From the NCBI GenBank assembly GCA_001793095.1, contig MGHG01000009.1, positions 157,042 to 221,041 of the forward strand: DNA of 64,000 nucleotides, given 5' to 3'. Every line of letters starts with the position of its first letter. Positions within the stretch are counted from its first letter, which is position 1. The translations under genes were made by a program, and so were the position numbers. Under the pieces are notes generated by a model. The model made no database searches and was not told the DNA's origin. It worked only from the letters and a program-made list of their open reading frames with translations. Positions 27,539 through 37,411 of the stretch are shown here, in pieces. This DNA is from Candidatus Woesebacteria bacterium RIFCSPLOWO2_01_FULL_39_23. Lineage in GTDB: Bacteria; Patescibacteriota; Microgenomatia; UBA8517.

Positions 27539-28211
27539 AGGTTATAAGGTTCAAATAAAGCTTCTTTTCTTTCGTAACTCCAAACTCATCCCGCTTAACA
27601 TCGGGACCCTCCTGATAAGCGCGGGTATCAAAATCGGAGATGCCAACTTCATTTAACATTGCTTCTAACTCTTTTCGTGTAAATCGACTACGAATTTGTT
27701 CGCCTTCTATGAATACGGAAGGTTCCATCTCAACGGCTGCACTATTAAGAAACTTCATTTCTTCTTTATCATCGGGTGATTTTAGAGCTAAATATGCCTT
27801 GCCTCCGGTTTTCAGTATGCGTCTGACTTCGGAAAATAATTTTTGCGTTTCTCTCATCGGGAAATAGTTAAGACCGATTCGTGAGAAGACAACGTCGCAG
27901 CATGCGTCTTTAATCGGCAGGCCACCTAAGCCAAAATCGACTTGCTTCGTCAGAAGTTTCTTTGACAATTTTAAAGCTTTCACTTGATTAATAGCCCGTT
28001 TTAAAGCAAACGTCGATATATCAAGAAGAACAACATTGTGGCCTTTTTGAATAAAATATAATGCATCAAAACCCAATCCTCCTCCTAAATCACAGATAGT
28101 TGCATTACGCGGGAAAAACCTTTCACTCTCTTCGGCAAGATAAGAGTGCTTTGTTATATCACCTGAAGTTTTTTTATGGACTGCATCCCAAAATTTCGAA
28201 TCTTTTGTCAT
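27525..28211 (-). CDS. class I SAM-dependent methyltransferase
   Basis: Motif I ICDLGGGLGFDA and motif II VVFSRIGLNY. Confidence 0.7.
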   Translation of the reverse strand: MTKDSKFWDAVHKKTSGDITKHSYLAEESERFFPRNATICDLGGGLGFDALYFIQKGHNVVLLDISTFALKRAINQVKALKLSKKLLTKQVDFGLGGLPIKDACCDVVFSRIGLNYFPMRETQKLFSEVRRILKTGGKAYLALKSPDDKEEMKFLNSAAVEMEPSVFIEGEQIRSRFTRKELEAMLNEVGISDFDTRAYQEGPDVKRDEFGVTKEKKLYLNLITFTKL

Positions 28212-28641
28212 GTTCCTTTATATATTTATTTTTAGCCTAAATTTCGTAATTTATCAAGAGCTTCCTAATAACTATTGTTTAGTAATAGATTATTCTCTTG
28301 ACTTCACCACATATCCAAGATATATTACTAGCATCATTATGCCTGGAAATCACGAAGCGTTAGCAAATGTGGGTAAAATTATTCCTTTGCATGCTATTAC
28401 TAATCCCCACACTAAAAGCTTAAATGAAATTGAATTAAGGCTTGATACGCCTAGAAGCATAGAGGGAGCTAGAGAAGTTAAAATATACCAACAAGCTCTT
28501 TGTCCGTCTTGCCCGCTATATAAATATAATACCTGTACTGGAATTAGATTCAGTATTCATTCAAGCTATGATCTCGATAGCGATAAAGATAGACATCTGC
28601 AGAACTTAAAGTTAAACCTTCGAATCTTTATCATCAAGTAA
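28210..28641 (+). CDS. hypothetical protein (doubtful; a likelier start is the internal Met at about 28339)
   Basis: ORF only. Confidence 0.2.
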   Translation: MFLYIFIFSLNFVIYQELPNNYCLVIDYSLDFTTYPRYITSIIMPGNHEALANVGKIIPLHAITNPHTKSLNEIELRLDTPRSIEGAREVKIYQQALCPSCPLYKYNTCTGIRFSIHSSYDLDSDKDRHLQNLKLNLRIFIIK

Positions 28642-28823
28642 AATCCTATATAACCAGTTATGATGAAAAGACTGGAAGATTCAATTTGAACAGCGCTATT
28701 GGGGAAGTGGTTATTAAAAAGGAACATCTGGGAACGTCGCTTTGTACTTCATCAGAACCAAAAGAAATTTAGAAGCGTAACCCGACATAGATTTAAAATA
28801 CCAAATAAACTATAGCTATCTTG

Positions 28824-28895
28824 TGGGTGCTGCTGGATTTGAACCAACGACCTCTTCGATGTGAACGAAGCGCTCTACCACTGAGCTAAGCACCC
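28824..28895 (-). tRNA. tRNA-Val (anticodon CAC)
   Basis: The reverse complement folds: acceptor gggtgct/agcaccc, anticodon stem cttcg/cgaag with loop ttCACat, T-arm gttgg-ttcaaat-ccagc. Confidence 0.85.
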
Positions 28896-28938
28896 CGATA
28901 GATATATTTTACCATTCAAGTGATGTTTGGAGAAAAGA

Positions 28939-30438
28939 TTAAATATTTAACGATCTCTCCTGCTCATTGGATCCATTCACGCTAATGTGGATTAGTTTAG
29001 CTTTCTGTAATTCCTTTATGGAGTGTGAACCTGTATAACTCATTGCTGAGCGAAGCCCACCTATATATTCATTTAGTATCATTTGAGTTGAACCCTGATA
29101 TGGGGTAAATATTTCCCTTCCTTCAGGTGTATAAAGTTCAGGGTTGGTGGTTGAATCACCCATTTTCTTTCTGTCTTCGAAAACTGATCTCGAAGCCATG
29201 CCTCGTATTCGTTTTTGTAATCTTCCACCGGTCTTAACCACTTCACCCGGACTCATCTCAGTTCCTGCCCAAACACTACCCCACATAACACAGTCAGCAC
29301 CACAAGCTATGGCTTTTGGCGGATCTCCAGGTTCACGTACTCCACCGTCTGCAGTAATTGGAGGAGGATCAGATTTCTTGCTTAGAGCTTCTTGGGCTTC
29401 AAGAATTGCAGTTACCTGAGGAACTCCGGTTCCGGCAATATTTCTGGTTTTACAAACAAAACCCGGTCCGATACCGACTTTTATGCCATCCGCACCGATA
29501 TCATATGCGAATAACACTCCCTCCTTTGTTGCAAAATTACCTACGACAATCGGAGTATTTATATGTTCTTTAACCTTCAGCCTTTTTATCATTTCTGAGG
29601 AATAGACGGTATGTCCGTGGGCAATATCTAAAAATAAAACGTCCGCACCCTCATTAACTACTTTATGAGCTCTTTCAATGTCTATACCATGTACACCAAT
29701 AGCAGCTCCGACAATTAAACGTCCTTCTTTATCTAATGCAGCATTTGAATATTTATTTATATAGTCGAAGTCCTTTAACGAATAAACACCAAAAAGTGTG
29801 TTGTCATCTTTTATTACCGGTAATTTTTCAATTTTTTTTGCGCGCATAATTTTAACAGCTTCAGTTAACGTTGTACCAAAAGGAGCTGTAATTAATTTAC
29901 TAATTCTTCCACGACTAAACGGTGTCATCACTTCCGTTATTTGGGTATCTGAATCATTGGCTAAGAAGTCCCGACTTGTAGCTATACCGGAAAAATGGCC
30001 ATCAAAAGCATTACCTTGAAATACTATCACGTAACCTCTATTTCTTTTACTCAGCAAATTGAGTGCATCCGCTATTGTCGCATTCTCGGATACGGTCGGA
30101 GGATATTTTTCTATTAATCTCATTCTCTCCTTAACTAACCTAACCATATCCGCCTGCTCATCTGGCGTATTATTACGGTGTATTTCCCCAATACCACCGT
30201 TAAGCGCAAAAATAGCAGCCATACCTTCTTCCGTAACAGTGTCCATTCCGGCAGAAATAAAAGGTATGTTTAATTTAGGTGCCCCTTTGGCTAAGAAAGT
30301 GGATGTATCGATTTGTTTACCAAAGCGCGACCTTATATCAGAATAAGCAGGTTTTAAATATACATCTGAAAAAGCTAGTCCAGCGTCCCCATCATAGTAG
30401 GAAATTTTATGGGTAAACTTAGGCATAACATCAACCAT
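28939..30438 (-). CDS. guaB: inosine-5'-monophosphate dehydrogenase with tandem CBS domains
   Basis: IMPDH barrel motifs (GIGPGFVCKTRNIAGTGVPQ; catalytic Cys loop) and a CBS pair inserted near the N-terminus. Confidence 0.9.
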   Translation of the reverse strand: MVDVMPKFTHKISYYDGDAGLAFSDVYLKPAYSDIRSRFGKQIDTSTFLAKGAPKLNIPFISAGMDTVTEEGMAAIFALNGGIGEIHRNNTPDEQADMVRLVKERMRLIEKYPPTVSENATIADALNLLSKRNRGYVIVFQGNAFDGHFSGIATSRDFLANDSDTQITEVMTPFSRGRISKLITAPFGTTLTEAVKIMRAKKIEKLPVIKDDNTLFGVYSLKDFDYINKYSNAALDKEGRLIVGAAIGVHGIDIERAHKVVNEGADVLFLDIAHGHTVYSSEMIKRLKVKEHINTPIVVGNFATKEGVLFAYDIGADGIKVGIGPGFVCKTRNIAGTGVPQVTAILEAQEALSKKSDPPPITADGGVREPGDPPKAIACGADCVMWGSVWAGTEMSPGEVVKTGGRLQKRIRGMASRSVFEDRKKMGDSTTNPELYTPEGREIFTPYQGSTQMILNEYIGGLRSAMSYTGSHSIKELQKAKLIHISVNGSNEQERSLNI

Positions 30439-30468
30439 TATAGCAGATTAACTCGTTAACAATTCCTC

Positions 30469-30495
30469 TGACAGGGTCTGACCCTGTCATATAAT
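30469..30495 (+). promoter_or_regulatory. perfect 21-bp palindrome tgacagggtc-t-gaccctgtca, immediately followed by TATAAT (30490–30495). Its left arm supplies a -35-like cTGACA at 16-nt spacing: candidate operator-embedded promoter for lepB, in the divergent guaB/lepB region.
   Basis: Read directly from the sequence. Confidence 0.4.
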
Positions 30496-30547
30496 TCCAG
30501 ACAAATAGTCCTTGTGCTTAAGAGCTCTAACTTAATATAATTAACAC

Positions 30548-31108
30548 ATGCTACTGAAACGTCTGGGCATCTTTTTTTTGGATATTTTGGAAGTTATAGT
30601 TTCTGCAATTGCGATATTCCTTTTCGTATACTTACTCCTAGTTCAACCGCATAAAATCAAAGGTGCCTCCATGGAGCCGAATTTCCATAATGGAGAATTT
30701 TTATTGACCGACAAACTGTCATACAGATTACATGAACCTAAAAGGGGTGACGTAATTGTCTTTGAGGCGCCCGACGCAAATGGCGAAGAATTTATTAAAA
30801 GAATAATCGGACTCCCTGGTGAAAAAATCTCAATTAATGACGGTTTTTATTACATTAATGGTCAAAGACTCAGTGAAACATATATCCCGCAGACAATAAA
30901 GACGTTTCCTAATTTATTTCTGAAAACAGGACAGGAACTATACATTCCACAAAATTCATATTTTGTCTCCGGAGATAATCGCCAAGCTTCTTCCGACTCA
31001 AGGGCGTGGGGTTTTATCACAAAAGATAAAATTACCGGCCGTGCCTGGCTCATATACTGGCCACCCAAAAGTTCAGGATTTGTCCAAAAAGTAAGCTACG
31101 CTACGTAA
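30548..31108 (+). CDS. lepB: signal peptidase I
   Basis: N-terminal TM, catalytic Ser box GASMEPNF, Lys box region and GDNRQASSDSRAWG. Confidence 0.85.
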   Translation: MLLKRLGIFFLDILEVIVSAIAIFLFVYLLLVQPHKIKGASMEPNFHNGEFLLTDKLSYRLHEPKRGDVIVFEAPDANGEEFIKRIIGLPGEKISINDGFYYINGQRLSETYIPQTIKTFPNLFLKTGQELYIPQNSYFVSGDNRQASSDSRAWGFITKDKITGRAWLIYWPPKSSGFVQKVSYAT

Positions 31109-31114
31109 GCATAG

Positions 31115-31960
31115 TTAAGAGGTGATCGATTTATACACTTTCTGAAGTTTTTCTTCAGTGTCTTCTAAATTTCCTTTAAATATAAATACAACTCTTGTTT
31201 CGCGTTGAGATCTGATAAGTTTGACCGTAGAATTTTTTGCATTCCCGTTACCGATATTTTTGAAAATGCCTTCCATATCATCTTCCATTTTATCGATCTC
31301 TTCCGATACTACCCTCATTTGCGTAGCTGTCGTCCCTGTTCTAACACTTGATTGCTGAGATTTTACCTTCATACGCCTGGCTAGTTCCTCGGCTCTTCTA
31401 ACCGAACCCGATTCGCGGAGAATTATTTTATAGGCGTCTACCATTAAATCATGATCGTCAATCGCCGCAAGCGCACGGGCATGCCCTTCTGTAATTAACC
31501 CAGAGATTAGTCCGTCTTTCAAGGCATCGGGAAGAGTAAGAAGCCTAATCGAATTTGAAACATAAGCGACAGATTTCCCTATTCTTACGGCAATTTCAGA
31601 TGAGGTTAGTCCGAATTCAGTCATTAACCTTTCGAAACCCTTTGCTCTGTCAAGTGGATTAAGATCAACTCTTTGTACGTTTTCAACTAGAGCCATCTCA
31701 AGCATACCTTTGGGTGATGTTTCACGAATTATCGCAGGAACATGAGTTAGACCTGCTAGTTTTGAAGCCCTCCACCTTCGTTCACCTGCAATAATTTGAA
31801 AACCGGCAGGCGTCTTTGCTACAACAAGAGGTTCAAGTATCCCATGTTCCTTTATTGAATCAACAAGATCAACCAAACTTTCAGGGGTTATTGCACCCCG
31901 TGGTTGTAAAGGATTCGGCTGAAGCTGATCAACCGCAATTTGTACTACTTCTTCTACCAT
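31115..31960 (-). CDS. parB: ParB/Spo0J family chromosome partitioning protein
   Basis: ParB box GILEPLVVA...FQIIAGERRWRAS plus an HTH region. No parA is adjacent. Confidence 0.8.
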   Translation of the reverse strand: MVEEVVQIAVDQLQPNPLQPRGAITPESLVDLVDSIKEHGILEPLVVAKTPAGFQIIAGERRWRASKLAGLTHVPAIIRETSPKGMLEMALVENVQRVDLNPLDRAKGFERLMTEFGLTSSEIAVRIGKSVAYVSNSIRLLTLPDALKDGLISGLITEGHARALAAIDDHDLMVDAYKIILRESGSVRRAEELARRMKVKSQQSSVRTGTTATQMRVVSEEIDKMEDDMEGIFKNIGNGNAKNSTVKLIRSQRETRVVFIFKGNLEDTEEKLQKVYKSITS

Positions 31961-31961
31961 A

Positions 31962-32207
31962 TTATATTACCGAAATTCTTTTCCTTCCCAGTTTTGTCGA
32001 AAATTTAACTTTACCGTCAACTAGGGAGAAAAGCGTATGATCACGACCTACCTTGACACCAACACCCGCTAAATACCTAGTACCTCTTTGTCGTATGAGT
32101 ATGGAGCCTACACTAACTTTTTCGCCATCACCAACCTTTAGACCTAAATACTTTGGCCTAGGTCTTTTCTGTTGGATTAATTTTCCGCCCTGTTTCTTTT
32201 TTGACAT
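31962..32207 (-). CDS. rpmA: 50S ribosomal protein L27
   Basis: KKKQGGKLIQQ...RQRGTRYLAGVGVKVGRDHTLFSLVDGKVKF is the canonical L27 sequence. Confidence 0.9.
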   Translation of the reverse strand: MSKKKQGGKLIQQKRPRPKYLGLKVGDGEKVSVGSILIRQRGTRYLAGVGVKVGRDHTLFSLVDGKVKFSTKLGRKRISVI

Positions 32208-32333
32208 GACTAAAAAGCTTTATCCTCTGTAATTATGTAGAAACTTACTTTAGATTTACTATAATCAAAATTTTCACGGATGTCAAGATAGCAATAAGAT
32301 ATATATTGATATAGTATGTTGGAGATAAAAAAG

Positions 32334-32636
32334 TTAAACGCTAATTTTATTTATGGTCAACTTCGTATAAATGGGCCGGAATCCGAATCTTTTTCTGTAG
32401 CGCGACTTAGCTTTATATTTCAACCCGTTTATCTTGTCGCCTTTTACATTGTCCGCTATCTTATAATCAACTTTAGCCTTTGCTATAATAGGCTTGCCTA
32501 CGATACATTTATCCTCTTCGATAAAGAGTAATATCTCGACGTTGGGTTTCTCAGAATTTAGCTTATCCACCAAAACGTCCTCGCCTTCTTTAACTTTATA
32601 CTGGCGATCTTCTATTCTGATTATTGCGTATTTCAT
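32334..32636 (-). CDS. rplU: 50S ribosomal protein L21
   Basis: MKYAIIRIEDRQYKVKEGEDVLVDKL is the canonical L21 N-terminus. Confidence 0.9.
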   Translation of the reverse strand: MKYAIIRIEDRQYKVKEGEDVLVDKLNSEKPNVEILLFIEEDKCIVGKPIIAKAKVDYKIADNVKGDKINGLKYKAKSRYRKRFGFRPIYTKLTINKISV

Positions 32637-32665
32637 ACAGATGAGATTATATCTTTATTTGCTGA

Positions 32666-33733
32666 TTAACTCAAGGTATTAAGTAATCCCGAAGCAGATA
32701 TAGCTATTGCGAGTGAAATTGATGTAGCAAGTAGGGCAGACCCGCCGGCCGACACTAAAGGTAGCGGAATTCCGGTGATCGGTAAAAGCCCCATATTCAT
32801 GCCGATATGAATAATACATTCAGCTAACAGCACAAAAAAGACTCCTATCAAATACCCCCTCGCGGTCTCGTCATTAGCGGTCTCGATAAATACGGTAATT
32901 CTCCAAAGAATAATAAAAAGACCTAGTACAACTACGACCGCACCAATACTTCCAAGCTCCTCAGACACCGATGCAAATATAAAATCGGTATGTCTTTCCG
33001 GTAAAAAGGCCAGTTGTGTTTGTACCCCCTTACCCAAACCCCTACCGAAGATTTTTCCCGAACCGACGGCTATCATTGCCTGAATACTGTTATAACCACT
33101 ACCCTTAGGATCTGTAAAGGGATTTATAAAACTAAAGACTCTTTGTCTTTGATAAGGAGCAAGAATAACCCAGGATAAAGGAATCGTAATTAAAATAATC
33201 AGTATTAAGCTGATAAGTAGCCTTTTATTAATTTTGGAAAACAAAACAATTCCCATAACCCCCAGCAGTGTAATTACGCTTACACCTAATGAAGGTTGGA
33301 TAAGAATTAACACAAGCGGGATTAGGGCAAGAAGCGCTATGTTAAATAAGTGCCTTAAGCTTACTTCTTTTACGTTGACGTAAACTGCAAAAAAGATTAA
33401 TAAAAACGGTCTAACCAATTCCGACGGCTGAATTGTAATCGGTCCTAACGGAATCCACCTAATAGAACCCCTTGTAATTTGTCCGATTATCAAAGGAATG
33501 ATCAAAAATAATATGCTTAAAATATAAAAATGCCAGGCAAAAGCCGATATTGTCTTAAAGTTAATTCTGGAAAAAAGTATAAATATTCCGATCGAAACGA
33601 TTATGTAAAAATAATAAATTGGGAAAATCTGCGGAGCAATAGAATTTAGCACTAAAAGGCCTAAGGCTATTAAAACAAAAACCGATATCGTAAAAAGCGG
33701 TTCTACGTAAATTAACTTAATAGCTTGACGCAT
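32666..33733 (-). CDS. rodA: SEDS-family peptidoglycan glycosyltransferase (RodA-like; second SEDS copy outside the dcw cluster)
   Basis: SEDS motifs GSGKIFGRGLGKGVQ...LPERHTDFIF and 10 TM helices. Confidence 0.6.
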   Translation of the reverse strand: MRQAIKLIYVEPLFTISVFVLIALGLLVLNSIAPQIFPIYYFYIIVSIGIFILFSRINFKTISAFAWHFYILSILFLIIPLIIGQITRGSIRWIPLGPITIQPSELVRPFLLIFFAVYVNVKEVSLRHLFNIALLALIPLVLILIQPSLGVSVITLLGVMGIVLFSKINKRLLISLILIILITIPLSWVILAPYQRQRVFSFINPFTDPKGSGYNSIQAMIAVGSGKIFGRGLGKGVQTQLAFLPERHTDFIFASVSEELGSIGAVVVVLGLFIILWRITVFIETANDETARGYLIGVFFVLLAECIIHIGMNMGLLPITGIPLPLVSAGGSALLATSISLAIAISASGLLNTLS

Positions 33734-36700
33734 TATGCAGCTTTTTCGACTTTAAAATTATCTCCAATATTAAGCTCTTTTATTAATGCTTTTTTGATAA
33801 TCATGTCCTTTAACTCGGTTTTATCAGGATACCAATTTGACGTAATATTTACCTTTTGATCGAGTTCAACGCCCAGCTTCTTTCTTTCGCTTTGAATAGT
33901 TCTAATTAACTCTCGGGTTTTCGCTTCTTCAATTAAATCCGGAGTTAAAGTAGTGTCAAGTTTAATATCAAATTCTTCACCTTTAAGAGCTGACCAGTCA
34001 ATAATTTTTACATTAATTTCGTCTTTAACAATTACCTCCAGTTCGGCGGACGGTTTTGAATAAGCAGTCGCAAGCGAATTTAATGGTTGGCGCACGGGAA
34101 TAGCTTGTACTTTTCTTTCAGCATGAACCTTTTCAACTAACATCCTTAAACCTTTCATCGTATCGACAAGTGCATCATCAGATTTGAATTTTATATCCAG
34201 CCAATCAGCTAGATGGACAGATGGCTCTTTTGTCAAATTGCTAAAAATAAGATCGGCCATAAAAGGTATAAATGGAGCAAGCATTTTCATCAAATTCACT
34301 AATACAAAATAAGTAGTTTCGTAAAAATTATTTCTGTCTTCATTGGAGGAATATGAGGCCCCAACTCTTTCTCTTGACCGCCTAATATACCAATTTGAAA
34401 GATCGTCAACAAAACTTTCTATTACACCACTTACTTTAAAAGCATCAAAACTGTCCATATAGTGGGTTGTCACATCAAGCGTCTCTTTTAGTCTTGAGAG
34501 AATCCACCTGTCTAATGCATTTTTGGAGTTTTGGAGTTTTGGAGTTTTGGAGTTTTTATTGGGAGAACCTACTGGTTGGGGGTATCGGCTCGGTGACCAT
34601 CCGTCAAGGTTTGCATATGTGATAAAAAAATTATAGACGTTCCAAATTTTGAGATGAAATTTTCTTCTCGTTTCATCCCCTACCCCATATCCAAATAATA
34701 AATTGTCCACCGGATTTTGCCTTAAATACATCCACCGCATCACGTCAACGCCAATTCTCTCCGCTCCTTCATTAAATTCAATCATATTTCCTGCGCTTTT
34801 GTGCATGGGTTGACCGTTTTCAGCGAAAAGTGTAGCGAAACCTAGAACAGTTTTGAAGGGTTCTTTTTGCTCGAGGATAGTACTCATAGCAATAAGGGAA
34901 TAAAACCAGTTTTTAAATTGCCCGGGAAAACTTTCGGTAATAAAATCAGCTGGGATCCATTTTCGCCATACCTCTTTGTTCTTCAAATATAAAGGTTCAC
35001 CTTTATTATCTTGTGTGACAGTTGAGAAAGGAACAATTCCGGCATCTAACCAAGGGTTACCGACATCTGGAATTCGATTGATAACACTTTTACATTTTGA
35101 ACATGTGATTTTTACTTCATCAATCCAAGGTTTATGCGGAGAATGCCTGTCAAATTTATCCCACCCAGCTGTTGCTCTAACTTTTAGTTCACTATAGTTT
35201 CCTATTACTTCGAAATTACCGCATGTTGAGCATTCCCAAATCGGCAGCGCCAATCCCCAATATCTTTTTTTGGATATTAACCAGTCATGCATATTCTTTA
35301 ACCAATCCAGTTCTCTTTCGAGTCCAAAACCGGGAATCCATGTAATCTTTTTAGCAACCTCGATCATTGCTTCACGCAATGTGTTATTCGTTCTTCGTTC
35401 ATCGTTTTTCGAACTTTTTAGTGGTTTATCCATTGCGATATACCACTCATCAACTACACGCCACACAAGTTCAGTCTTACATCTCCAACATGCGGGGTAT
35501 CTGTGAGTTATGTTTGCAGTTTTTAGTAAGAATTTACCCCCATCCTTCTCCTTCAGATAATTTATTATTATTTCAGGATGTTTCTTTGCATTCTGGCGGG
35601 AAAATTCACCCAAGCCTTCGTAGTAATTTGCTTCTTCATCTATAACATCAATTACCGGTAGATTTTTCTCTTTACCTAATCTGAAATCCTCTTCTCCGGC
35701 ACCAGGTGCAACATGCAGTATGCCCGTTCCTTTTGTTGATACAACCAAATCCTCCGCAGCAACCACTGAGTGGAAAGTACTATCATTTTCCTTTCTAGCT
35801 TGTTGAATTCTTTCTAGGTCATCAAACGGGGCATGATATTTTAAGCCAACTAGGTCTCGACCACTTATATCCTCTGTGCTAGTACTTTGAGAAAAACCCG
35901 ATTCAACTATATTTCTTGTAAACCACTGTAACGATTCGGGTTCTTTAATTTCTTTTTCATTCATGGTAACTATTTTTTCACCATTAGTTAATTTCCAAAT
36001 TTTATATATAAATTTCGGGTTAACAGCTAATGCGACATTGGCGGGGATCGTCCAAGGAGTTGTAGTCCAAACTAATAACTGAAAATCGCGGCTTTGAATT
36101 GGAACTTTAAAAAATACCGTTTCGTGGACCATTTCTTTATAATCTTCTGTCAATATTTCATGTTGGCTTATGGCTGTTCCGCATCGCGGACACCAGGGAA
36201 CGGAATCTCTTCCTTTATAAATAAGGCCTGACTCATGGCAAATTTTGAGTACATGCCATATCATATAATTATTATCATCAGACAATGTATAGTAGGAATT
36301 TTCCCAATCCATGAAATTTCCCAACCGTTTTGTCTGCTCTGTTTGTATTTCGGCATATTTATAAACGCGTGCTTTGCAGAGTTCAATGAACTTGGCAACC
36401 GAGGCTTTAGGATCCCCCGGTACAAGGTTTTCTATTTCTTTTTTACTCTTAAGACCCAGTTCCTTTTCAACCTCCACCTCTACCCATAGGCCTTGGCAAT
36501 CGAAACCGTTTTGAAACCTCTGTCTATACCCTCGCATATTTTTGTATCTTTGCCAGACATCTTTATATGTTCTTCCCCAAGCATGATGAACACCCATGGG
36601 GTTATTTGCAGTGATCGGACCATCCAAAAACGAAAATATTTTTTTTGAGTTTTTATTTTTTTCGAGATACTTTTTAACAATTCCTTTTTCGTACCAATGA

Positions 36701-36771
36701 TGTAGAAGCTCTGTTTCTTTCTCAGAAAAATTTATTTTCAAGTCAACTGGTTCAAAATATGCTTTTTTCAT
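33733..36771 (-). CDS. ileS: isoleucine--tRNA ligase (long, type-2-like form)
   Basis: Class I HIGH-region analogue PITANNPMGVHHAWG, editing (CP1) domain, KMSKS-like MHKSAGN; 1012 aa. Confidence 0.9.
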   Translation of the reverse strand: MKKAYFEPVDLKINFSEKETELLHHWYEKGIVKKYLEKNKNSKKIFSFLDGPITANNPMGVHHAWGRTYKDVWQRYKNMRGYRQRFQNGFDCQGLWVEVEVEKELGLKSKKEIENLVPGDPKASVAKFIELCKARVYKYAEIQTEQTKRLGNFMDWENSYYTLSDDNNYMIWHVLKICHESGLIYKGRDSVPWCPRCGTAISQHEILTEDYKEMVHETVFFKVPIQSRDFQLLVWTTTPWTIPANVALAVNPKFIYKIWKLTNGEKIVTMNEKEIKEPESLQWFTRNIVESGFSQSTSTEDISGRDLVGLKYHAPFDDLERIQQARKENDSTFHSVVAAEDLVVSTKGTGILHVAPGAGEEDFRLGKEKNLPVIDVIDEEANYYEGLGEFSRQNAKKHPEIIINYLKEKDGGKFLLKTANITHRYPACWRCKTELVWRVVDEWYIAMDKPLKSSKNDERRTNNTLREAMIEVAKKITWIPGFGLERELDWLKNMHDWLISKKRYWGLALPIWECSTCGNFEVIGNYSELKVRATAGWDKFDRHSPHKPWIDEVKITCSKCKSVINRIPDVGNPWLDAGIVPFSTVTQDNKGEPLYLKNKEVWRKWIPADFITESFPGQFKNWFYSLIAMSTILEQKEPFKTVLGFATLFAENGQPMHKSAGNMIEFNEGAERIGVDVMRWMYLRQNPVDNLLFGYGVGDETRRKFHLKIWNVYNFFITYANLDGWSPSRYPQPVGSPNKNSKTPKLQNSKNALDRWILSRLKETLDVTTHYMDSFDAFKVSGVIESFVDDLSNWYIRRSRERVGASYSSNEDRNNFYETTYFVLVNLMKMLAPFIPFMADLIFSNLTKEPSVHLADWLDIKFKSDDALVDTMKGLRMLVEKVHAERKVQAIPVRQPLNSLATAYSKPSAELEVIVKDEINVKIIDWSALKGEEFDIKLDTTLTPDLIEEAKTRELIRTIQSERKKLGVELDQKVNITSNWYPDKTELKDMIIKKALIKELNIGDNFKVEKAA
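34521..34552 (+). repeat. perfect tandem repeat (ttttggag)x4 inside the ileS coding sequence, encoding KNSKTPKLQNSK
   Basis: Read directly from the sequence. The unit is 8 bp (not a multiple of 3), so only 3-unit changes keep the frame. Confidence 0.8.
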
Positions 36772-36850
36772 ATGTTTTTCGTACTTTCACTACGGAGGAT
36801 GATGTCTGTTAAGAATAAAATGAGGTACTTTTGCATCATAATATTTATGT

Positions 36851-37411
36851 TCACTTTTCGGTTCCTCTTTCTCTTAGCGTCCTATCCATCATAACATCAC
36901 GAATGTGATCGCAAATTTCACCAAATTGTTTTGCTTTTTTGGGATCTTCTTTTAATTTCCCGTTTCCATTCTCCAGTATATTCATTGCTACTTGTGCATA
37001 CGCTGCAAGATCAGGATCTTTACTATCTATGAGTTTCCCTAAAACACTACGGCTTGAAAAACTACTCCATTCACTTATAAATTTATTTGAAGCCCGTAAA
37101 TATGGAAGTAACTCTTCTCTTTTAGCTACCAAATTCCGCTTCAATCTCGCGTTCCTTTTATCAATACCACCCAATAAACTTTCAATTTTTCGAGAAAAAG
37201 ATAAAGTTAATTTTTGCTGTGTTCGCGCCGAAGCTATATTCTCTAGGTTCATTGTAAATAACAGTTGGTCATTATTTAGACGTGGTGGGACTATTTCCTG
37301 ATATGGTCTTAATTCACCACCTCTTTTTATTAACCACCTTTCAAATAGATCGTCTTGATTGTGTGCGTCTTTACGGGAAGATTCACCGGTAATAACTTCA
37401 TATCTGGTCAT
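36851..37411 (-). CDS. hypothetical protein (186 aa, charged, no TM)
   Basis: ORF only; no recognisable motif. Confidence 0.4.
   Translation of the reverse strand: MTRYEVITGESSRKDAHNQDDLFERWLIKRGGELRPYQEIVPPRLNNDQLLFTMNLENIASARTQQKLTLSFSRKIESLLGGIDKRNARLKRNLVAKREELLPYLRASNKFISEWSSFSSRSVLGKLIDSKDPDLAAYAQVAMNILENGNGKLKEDPKKAKQFGEICDHIRDVMMDRTLRERGTEK

Noticed and set aside
28210-28641. 143-aa plus-strand ORF next to tRNA-Val as a real gene
   Set aside because: There are no motifs. The N-terminal 40 codons are AT-rich low-complexity sequence overlapping the start region of the neighbouring methyltransferase. It is kept only as a low-confidence feature.
31962-32207. Missing obg downstream of rplU–rpmA as a sign of misassembly
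   Set aside because: The junctions are clean (1-nt spacing into parB, a convergent stop with lepB) and the reading frames are intact. A gene-order difference is more plausible than misassembly.
34521-34552. Possible CRISPR-like or regulatory repeat array
   Set aside because: Only 32 bp of perfect 8-bp tandem units without spacers, lying inside the ileS coding frame. It is a coding microsatellite, not CRISPR.
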